Origin: Trichinella spiralis
Taxonomy: Eukaryota
Reading direction: 5' to 3'
Length of the DNA stretch: 64,000 nucleotides
Assembly: GCF_000181795.1 (NCBI RefSeq)
Contig: NW_003526947.1
Span: forward strand, 1,038,029 to 1,102,028
Position 1 is the stretch's first letter. Each line of letters opens with the position of its first letter. Positions 54,501-64,000 of this stretch are shown here, piece after piece. The notes beneath the pieces were generated by a model, which saw nothing but the letters and a program-made list of their open reading frames with translations, did not search any database and was not told the DNA's origin. Position numbers and translations under genes: made by a program.

Positions 54501-55219
54501 TATCAGATTCCTCTGAATGCCTTACTAAATAAATAATAACTTTTTAAACAGAGCCAATTTATTTGTTAACGATTTCCATGTAAATCGCTTGCAATACTCG
54601 AATAAGAAATAATCAAATAATATGATAAAATATGGGCTTTTTGATTCATTTCATTCATTTTGCTTTGAAATTCATCAAAATACATTTTCAAATTACTGAT
54701 CACCAGGCTAATTTGTATATCTTTAAATTTTAATATACGAAAAATAACATTCATGTGCATAAAAATGAAATGCGTGTTAGATTAATGCTAATTAATGTAA
54801 TGAGACAAGCTTCTTCAGTTTCATCTTATTGATCACTCTGATTACACTTTGAAATGTGATACGCTAACACTAGTAAAGCTGCAGGATGCACAACAAAAAC
54901 TGCATTATTTACATCAGAATTAATGAAAACATGATATATTGCTAAGATAAAATTTCACTCGCGCTCTAAAATTGACTTTATGCAAAAATAAAAAAATATT
55001 TTCACCTTTTGTTTTTAAAATAGATGAATTTTTTTGTGGTAAATTCTTCGTGGCAATGGTGTCCTTTCGTTTATCACTATCCATACTGGACTTGTCAACT
55101 AAACCGAATATTCATATTCTACCCAATTATTTTAATTAAAAAATGAAACTACCTTCATCATGCTGATGCCGAAGTACCTTCAGCTTCCGTTTCAATGCAC
55201 GTTCTCGACAAAAGGACAT
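51537..55219 (-). CDS. ddx18: ATP-dependent DEAD-box RNA helicase DDX18/HAS1; multi-exon, N-terminal exons approximate
   Basis: Q-motif [77 protein letters not shown], and the HAS1-type C-terminal [12 protein letters not shown]...[11 protein letters not shown]. Charged N-terminal exons trace back to [12 protein letters not shown] at 55219. Confidence 0.93.
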
Positions 55220-56087
55220 GGATGCTGCTAAAAATAAGTTCGAATTCAAATCCTACACCATAAATTGAAATGAAAAAAATTTTGTTATAAAAAATATAAA
55301 GATGCCTAACGCTGCAATTTTTTTCATATTTTCAGTGAATAAAAGCAAATTTAATAAGAAATTAAAAAAATATTATGTAAAAGTTTGGTAAAAACAAAAA
55401 CAATAACAATAGACCAAAAAAATACTGAACGTAAAAGATAATCAAGTATAAAGAAAACATTAAGAAATAATTGCAATGTAAATTTTGAACTGAAGCTTGA
55501 AATGTACAAAATTAAGATTGTGCTTTAATTTATTGGATAAATTTATGTAAATTTACATATTTTTTAAATTGTCAATAATATTTGATAAAACTATCTACTT
55601 TGGTAATAGAAAAATGGTGAATTCTAATATGGTCATTATTGAATCAAATTAATAAATTTGCTAATTTTTTGATTTTTTTAAACAGCAAAATAAGTAAAGT
55701 AATTTTACGAATAGTAATTTTAATATTTTTGCTTTTTTATTCACTAAATGGTAAAATAACAGCTTCTTATTACTACCATCAACTTTTTTTGAATTATTTT
55801 CGAGCATTTTAATGCTATTATTTTAAAGTGAATAATTTTAAAGTAAAAAAACTTTAAATTGCACTTTATATTTTAAATATTTTAAAGAACTTTTAATATA
55901 AAACCTGAAGTTCGTTTTTCTTACTGTTTTGTATTTCAAGCCAGCTTGCGCCTGTTTGGTCATTCTGTACTTTCTTTACACCTTGCTTGACGCTTGTTTG
56001 TTTGAATGAGATATTGTTTGACTGTGTTAGCACATTTTGCGTATTTTGCGTACTATTGCTAACTTCATCGTCCAGCTGTGTTTGTTG

Positions 56088-59000
56088 ATGCCGAAAGTAT
56101 ATTACGAAGCAAACGTACCTGAAATTGAGCCTCTGATGGTTTGTAGTAGAAACGAAAGTATGCCGAATATTACTGTGGAACCAGCTGTTGAATTTCATCC
56201 AGCGACAACATGGAATGAAGGCCAAGATGTGCAAATTGCCTCAGGGTATGGAAAATATAATTTATCGATAACAGTTTAGATGAAGAATACTTTGTGTATG
56301 TATGTTTTTACGTTAGATCACTGTGGAGAAGAATATTTGGCCATTCGAGCACCAGTTTTATGGGTAGAAAAATTCGCTTGCCGTGTAATCGTAAAGACAG
56401 TATTTTTCCTGCGAACAAAGTTCAGAATCAAAAGTACAACATTTTGACATTCATTCCACTGACTTTGTGTGAACAGTTTAAATCTTGTTTAAATATGTTC
56501 TTTCTTGCTATGGCGTTGTCTCAATTTATACCTGCCATACAAGTTGGTTTCATGTATGCTTATTGGGGCCCATTGGTATGCTAGAATTGCAGATTATAAA
56601 TTACAATCGCTCAGTTTTCTCTTGTGCTTTAGGCGTTCATGTTTTTCATTACACTGTGCCGTGAAGGATATGATGATTTGAAACGATTCAAACGAGACAG
56701 GGAACTGAATCAACTGAAATACCAAGTATTACGACCTGGTGGGAGAGAAGAAATGAAAAGCTCCGAATTAGTCGTAGGTGATGTAATTAATGTTCATAAG
56801 GTAATGTTATTGTTGTTGGAAAGTAAGATTTCTTTTTATTGAACAGGTCAAACGATATGAATTTCTGTTTTTTAGAATCAAAGGATTCCTGCGGATATGG
56901 TTCTACTTCGAACGTCGGACAAAACTGGCACATGTTTCATTCGTACCGATCAACTCGATGGCGAGACAGATTGGAAATTAAGAATTGCATGCCCATTTAC
57001 TCAGAATATTGTAAATGAAATGGTTCGTTTTTTTGGAAAATTTTTATTTCTTTTCTGAGTTTTTAATTTTCATAAATTGTTATTGAAAAAAATAATTGTA
57101 ATACTTACTTATATTATTGTACTTAAATCGTGTTCTTTTGTAATATTAGACAGAATATTTATTTTTGTAATTTTCAGGATTTTTTTCGTAATGACATTAC
57201 AGTTTACGCAGCACCACCGAATAAAGATATTCACACATTTCATGGTTTAGTGGAAAAGGTGATAAAATTCATATTATAATATTTGTCGTAATTCTTTATT
57301 TTCATTTGATATTTTTTTTAATAGAAGAATAACCCTGAAAATGGTCCGTTTGTTTTAAATGTGGACAATGTGCTTTGGACCGATACAGTTTTGGCGACCG
57401 GTTCGATTACAGGCGTTGTTGTATACACCGGCAAGGAAACTCAATCGTATTTGAAAGCATCTTCATCTTCAAGCAAGGTTCGTACCCTGTATATGCATTG
57501 ATTTGCAAATAATCATTTGAAAACAATGTATTATTTAGTGAAATTATAACAATTGTTGTTGAATGTAAATGTTCAAAAAAAATATTTTAATGTTGCTTAA
57601 AAATTTGAGGTTTTTGTTTTGGTATATTTTCAATTTATTATTTTAGTCTAGTTCACTTGAACATGATATGAACATTATTACTATATTTTCGTTCTTGCTC
57701 ATGTTTTTCATGGCGTTAATTGAACTCTTTTTAACGTTTAAAGTGGTAAGTATTAGCATTTGAGTTGAGATTATGTCGCATTCATTGATTATGTTTAGGA
57801 ATTCTTATCAGATACTATTGTGGGTTTTATTCGATTGTTACTTCTCTTTTCATATGTAATTCCGTTCAGGTAAAAAACAGAGAAACTTTTTAAATGAATA
57901 GAATTTTTAATTGAAAAAAGATTGCTTTTAGTTTGCGCATCAATTTGGATCTTGCAAAAATATTCTACGCTTATTCAGTGTCAGCAGACAAATCGAATCC
58001 AGGCCTTTTGGTTCGGAATAGTGCTGTTACTGAAGATTTGGGTCGCGTTTCTTATATGCTGTGCGACAAGACTGGTACTTTGACACAGAATTGCATGGTA
58101 TATTATTGTATTATTTTTCCATTTGATAAAATTAATCATTTTTGAATTTAGATGTTTAAGAAATTGAGTTTCGGCACGATATCCTACTCAGGGAATGCAT
58201 TGTCAGAGGTGATCGCTTGTTTGTTGGTTGTTGGATAATTTAATTTTTCTTTTTTCCATTTCAGCTTTCGGAACTGTTAGCAATTGCCTACCGTCCGACA
58301 TCTTTGCCAGAGGATGATGAGCATCGGAAACATGCGCAGACAGTTCGAGAGGTAGATTTCGCTTTCTTCTCTTTGTATATAAATTTTATAATTTTTTCTT
58401 CTGCTTGAGGCTTTGGAAGCGATAGTTATATGCAACAATGTCACACCAACGGACACCAGTATAGGAAGTGATGATTTTGACGATATGGCATTGAAAACAG
58501 CAATTCCAATGATTACTGACGAAGATTATTACCAAGCTTCATCGCCGGACGAGGTGAATTGTAATTTTAATTAATACATTTGTGGAAATGGAATAGGTTG
58601 AAATTTAGACAGCGTTGGTGCATTGGGCTCGAAAGTTGAATGTGATACTGAATCACCGTGATATTCACCAAATACAACTTATCGATCCTTTTGAAAATGA
58701 AAGAAATTTTAAAATTTTGCAAGTTTTCCCATTCACCTCGGAACGCAAACGTATGAGCATTATTGTCCAGGTAAATTTGCATTGGAATTATATGGAGGGG
58801 AAGGGAGAAAAGAAATTGCAATTTTATTTGAAAATTGTTTTGATTTTTATCAATTTTTGCTGTTTTTGTTTCAGGATGAACTGACGAAAGAAATTTGCCT
58901 GTACAGCAAAGGTGCGGATATAGTGATCCAACGTATGGTTGAGCAAAACGACTGGCTCGAAGAAGAGGTTCAACGCGGAAATATATATGTATATATTTTT

Positions 59001-61080
59001 GCTTTTTAAAAAAAAAGAATTTCAGTGCTCGAATTTGTCACGCGAAGGTTTGAGAACATTGGCTGTTGCAAGAAGAGTACTATCTCAACAAGTGTACAAC
59101 GAATTTGCTGTAAATTTGAAAATTGTTAATTTTTAATCATGATCCATGTTGATCGCATTCGACAATTTAGGAAGCGTACAAGAAAGCTCAGTTTCTTCTT
59201 ACGAATCGAAACAGTGCCATCGAAGCAGCACTTGCCAAAGTCGAACGGGATATGAAATTGTTGTGCGTAACTGGTGTAGAAGATTTGCTGCAAAAGGACG
59301 TCACTGTCACTTTGGAATTGCTTAAAAGTGCCGGAATAAAAGTGAGATATTGTTGTTATTTTCTGCTTGGTTTAGTTTTAATTCGATTGTTTGTTTTATA
59401 TGCAGATTTGGATGTTGACTGGTGACAAATTGGAGACGGCAATGTGTGTTGCCAAATTGTCAGGTTTGGTAAATCGAAATCATCGGATTGTAAAACTTTC
59501 CCCGATGATGAAGATGGAAGAAGTTAAGGCAGAGTTTGATACTTCCAACAACTGCTCGAACAAGGTGTTGGTCATTTCCGGTGAGATGGCAAAAGTGAGA
59601 CCAATTAGTGTTGTTGTTTTGTTTGTTTATTGCGGTGTTACGGTATTTTATTGCAGATCTGTTTGGAACGATATCTGAAGCAATTTTTCGGATATTGCGA
59701 AAATGTTTCATCAGTGATCTGTTTTCGTTGTTCACCTGCACAGGTTTATTATTTGTTTGTTTGTTTGTTTGCTTTTGATCTATCTATATACACATGTGTG
59801 TGTTGGTATGTGTGTATGCCACATTAATTGTTTCAGAAAGCTGCGATGGTACGGATGATCAAGGGGGTGAATAAAAGCAGAGTAGTCGCTGCTGTCGGCG
59901 ACGGAGGCAACGATGTTGCCATGATCACGGCATCCAATGCTGGCATTGGCATTGTTGGAAAGGTTTTTCAAATTATTGTTCACAGATGATCTTCGTTTTT
60001 TTTCTCTATAATATGCTTGTTGTTGCCCATTTTTAGGAAGGTTGTCATGCATCGATGGCAGCTGATTTTTCGATTAATTCATTTTCTCAACTATCTCCAT
60101 TGTTGTTCACTCATGGTCGCTATTCTTACTTACGGTCCAGTAAACTTATTCAATTGATCATGCATCGGGGCTTAATTGTTTCGGCGATGCAGTTCATATA
60201 CTCTTACTTGTACGAATCCGTCTCGAAACCCATTTTTTCTGGCATGCTCATGCTTTTGTAAGTGGTTATTTTTTTCATATTAAAAAAAATTGTTTCTTTT
60301 GTTAATTTTCAACATTTCACAAATATTCAGGTATACTACTCTGTATACAATGATGCCAGTATTTTCGTTTGTTTTGAGTAAAGACATGAAATCGGGAGTT
60401 TTGTTGCTTTATCCCGAATTGTACAAAGAATTTAAAAGCGTAATCATAATATATTTATTTATTTATTTTTGAATGTGTACAAATTTATATTGTTCATAAT
60501 GTGCACTTTCTTCAGGTTCGCCCTGTCAATTGGAAGTCATTTATATGGTGGGTTGTGATGAGCGGTTTTCAAGGTAAGCTTGTGTATACGGTTGAACTGT
60601 TGTTGTTGTTGTTTGTTAATTTGTTTGTTTGTTTGTTTGTTTGTTTTTTAGCCGCTGCAATCGTGTATTCTATGGGTCGTTTTGATTGTGATGAAACAGA
60701 ATTGGAAACTACTGCTTTTTCTGCTCTGATTTGCAACCAACTACTGATGGTTTTTTTGTTCATCGACACGTGGAATTGGTTTATCTTCTTCTGTACAGTT
60801 CTTTCGTTTATTATCTATTTGTTGACATTGTTCTTCGTCGATGCATTGTTCAGTGAGTCTATTATGATTATTATTTGTTGGTTATTAATGTTATAAAAAA
60901 ATTTTTTTTTCTATTATAATATTTTTATTGTGACTCTTTTTTCAAGATGTATCGTACGTGTACACATATTCATTTTGGTGGAAAGCGGCAGCATTGACGG
61001 CCTGTAGTTTTGGTCCTACTTTATTCGTGTATTATCTGAAAAGCAAATGTTTTCCATCAAAAAGTTCAAAATTGCGTTGA
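56088..61080 (+). CDS. P4-ATPase phospholipid flippase, ATP9/Neo1/TAT-5-like, divergent; >20 exons
   Basis: [43 protein letters not shown] (phosphorylation site), [72 protein letters not shown]. The subfamily call rests on YWGPL and DGETDWK. Confidence 0.94.
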
Positions 61081-64000
61081 TGGCATTTTCTCTGTTTTTT
61101 TTACCTTCTTATTGAGTAACACTTTTACATTGTTGTTTTCTTCTTCTCTTATTATTAATTTTTTCATTTTTGCTTAATATAATATAATATAAAAAAATAA
61201 ATTATTTTTTAACACCACTGGAATGCATTGACAATATTAATGCAGATAATTTTTTTGTTGTTCTTATTGTTGTTTTTGTTGAGATCAAGCTTTACGTAAA
61301 GCAAAGTACGCTTTACTCTCTGTACTAATGATGATTGCTTTGTTTGTTTTATGCAATTAATTCGTTGTTGTTGTGCTTGTTTACAAAGTTTTGCGGTTTC
61401 GTCGCATTTCGAATTTGGAATATTAGAAATTGGTCAACTTCACAATAGGCAGAAATGAATATTCGTTTGTTTGTTTGTTTGTTTGTTTGTTGATTTTATT
61501 ATTCTTTTGTAGATTTGCAATTTATTCAATGAATGCAAGCAGTGTTCGATCATTGGCTGTTCGAGTAATAAAAATATTTGCGGCGTGTTTAATTCAAATT
61601 GGCCAATTATTTTTATGGAATTTTATTGAAAGACTGCTTGGTTCGTTTATTTTTTTTCTCTTTTTATTTATTCTTTTTTTTCTGTTGTAAACTTGGGTAG
61701 ATTTTGAAATTTTTCTCCTTCTATGATCGAATCATCAATTAATAAGTTATATTATTCATTTTTTAAATTTTGATTTAAAATTTGTTCAAACATTCGTTTA
61801 TTTTGTTAAATTGTAAAGTTTTAATTATCAATTGAAAGTGGAAAGAATAATTTTGCAAAAATGTACCGTAGCGAACAGCACACGACTACTGGAATAGGGG
61901 AAAACATTGCTGTGTTTATGCTAATCGATGGGCTGATAAAATTAACGTAATTGTTGTTGACACTTGTCAAGTAGAAATACTGCGCAGCATTTGTTGGATA
62001 AAAAGCGACTTGTATTATTATTATCATTATTTGTTGCAACGGTTTGGCTGGTCGTTGCTTTTATTGCGCTTTGGACTTTCATCGGTATTAATTAGCCGAA
62101 CAAGATACACCCTGCCAATTGCTCACTGGTGGAGCACTTTTGAAAATTAATCATTCAATCAAATCAGCCAGTGGAGAAAGAAGAATTTTTTTTTCGCTAC
62201 TCGACATTTTCTTGCGCCTTACTTCAGCTTTTCCTTGCACGAGATATTAATAAGCTCGATTTGAATTTGGCTTTTGTTCTTCAGATGGTGGTTTGGTTGT
62301 GCATGTTGGATGTTGGATTTGGGTATTGGAAGAATAGATTGGGATTGGATGTGAAAGTTTGATTCAAATCGATTCTGACTGATACAGTTAAATTTTTATA
62401 TTAAATTGTACAAAATCTGACCTGGAGTGGAAAGATTTTTTGGAAATTAATATCATATCAGTCAAAAACAAGTGAATTGATACACTTTGGAAAAAGATGT
62501 TGATTCTTCTTTGTTTTTTGTGAAGAAAAGTTCAATGGAAAAGTGAAATTATATTATTAGTTGAACAAATTTGAAATTCTCGGCTTGATTCATGCGTTAC
62601 ATGGAGACAACTGATCATAGCTGATGATTTTTGGTTAATATTTTCAACTTATTATTATTATTGTTGTTGTTATTCATGAAAATATGAAAAAATTTATACC
62701 AGTTAATAACTGATAATTTGACTAACGATTAATTTGATATTCACATGAACATGATGACATGATTGATTTTTTGAACAGTTATAGTCAAGTGCAAAATTGT
62801 ATTGGATAAAAAATTATAATAAGTTACTAAATTGTAAAGCAACTTTTCAAGGAAAAAAAAATACATACATATATTTATTTATTTATTAGTTTTACATGTG
62901 CAAGTTGGACCAATTCAATGTAGTAGTAGGGTGTGCAGAGAATGGGTTTTGTTGGTATTATTATTATTATTATTGGTAGATTTAATTGCGGCAAAAATAT
63001 TTCGAGGTCACTTTTACTGATCTATTAAATCTTCAGGATTTCAACTGTCTGCACCATATGTCAGGAACTGGTTGTTGAACGAGCTTTTCTGTTACTTTCA
63101 ATATTGCTGATTTATTGCTTCAAGTTGCTTGGATGCGAAATGATGTTCAAGGATAATGCCGAAGGCGTTTTGTCACAGCCGGCATTGTCCGTGGGCTTGG
63201 AAATGTAGTTGATTTGCCACTAAAATCATTTTTAGCCCATTTCAAGGACACATTAGCAGGATCGTAAAGCTGGAAATTTTCACTCAAACTTGTAATCACG
63301 AAATAATAAAAGTGAATTACGCGTTAGGTGCGTTCTCTTTTTTATTTCTTCCGAAATAATTTCACTACTGCACATGTATATATATATATGTATGTAATAC
63401 AGGATAAATGTTGGTTGTGCAGTATGTGTGTGAAGTAGCGATATTTAAATTTTTATTTTCCACCAGTGTTGCTTGTTGTCGAAATAATAAACATGAGAAT
63501 GTTCTTTTTACGTATGTTTAAAATTGCGTGGTTGTTGTGATCAGCATCCGCATTTCGTCAGAAATCATGTATCAAGTGGGAACATTTTATCTCAACTGAA
63601 TGAGATGATGATCATTTTCAAATTTTCCCCACTCAGCAGTGGGCAATTTTTTTTTTCGATCCAACGCTTCTTCGCCTGATACTATTACTACTACTTTTAG
63701 TAAGTGATACTCTCCAGCGATTCGGCGATGCATATTTAATTTCCTTTTTGTTTGTTTCAAAAATATACATGCGAGTGATTAATTCTTTGACAGAGGTAGG
63801 TAGTTATTTATTTATTTTTTTGTTTCTTCCCAAAAAATATACCGAAAATTTTTCGTGCATTGTGACACATTGAAGCATGTGGAGAGAGAGAGAGAGAGTT
63901 ATTATTTAGCATTGTTAAAAAGTCGACTTGTACAAAGGCTGGAAGAAAAGTGATCACCATTGTCTGGGGAAATTGTCCCTCTTTCACTGAGTTATTGGTT

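Noticed and set aside
54796..54846. C/D snoRNA-like segment (TGTAAT...CTGATTACA) in a DDX18 intron
   Set aside because: Only ~50 nt, imperfect C box, and antisense to the host gene.
61820..63270. GC-richer patches, short ORFs and an 11-bp stem at 63151-63190
   Set aside because: No recognisable domain or consistent exon chain, and the stem is too short for a pre-miRNA.
1..64000. Prokaryotic-type systems (CRISPR, defence operons) and conserved miRNA seeds
   Set aside because: The window is spliceosomal-intron eukaryotic DNA with no repeat-spacer arrays. Seed-like matches such as TATTGCAC at 19501 and 42181 lack hairpins.

Overview
AT-rich, intron-dense eukaryotic DNA from a nematode. The cuticle collagen identifies the phylum. 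The ~50-80 nt introns, microsatellites and gene content suggest a clade I parasite such as Trichinella (inference). Splicing exons by hand gives ten protein-coding genes: an intronless scramblase/Tubby-C-like ORF, a cuticle collagen, a strongly divergent Hsp70, a PDE7-like phosphodiesterase, a DMD-4/DMRT93B-type transcription factor, a divergent CHMP2B-like ESCRT-III subunit, RIC-19/ICA69, an A20/AN1 zinc-finger (ZFAND5/6-like), DDX18/HAS1 and an ATP9/TAT-5-like P4-ATPase. A decayed BEL/Pao retrotransposon carries a 154-bp TA-flanked MITE. No tRNA, rRNA or CRISPR could be supported, and no clear-cut new multi-gene system was found. Best leads: (1) an intact Hsp70 with degenerate ATP-binding motifs and no EEVD; (2) a PDE7-type enzyme, a family absent from C. 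elegans; (3) a flippase with PISL changed to PFSL; (4) possible alternative last exons of CHMP2B with or without a MIM1-like motif; (5) a MITE carrying CCAAT/TATA motifs; (6) a 46-bp inverted repeat pair upstream of dmd-4; (7) a CACGTG cluster in a ric-19 intron. All homology calls come from recalled family motifs, not database searches.
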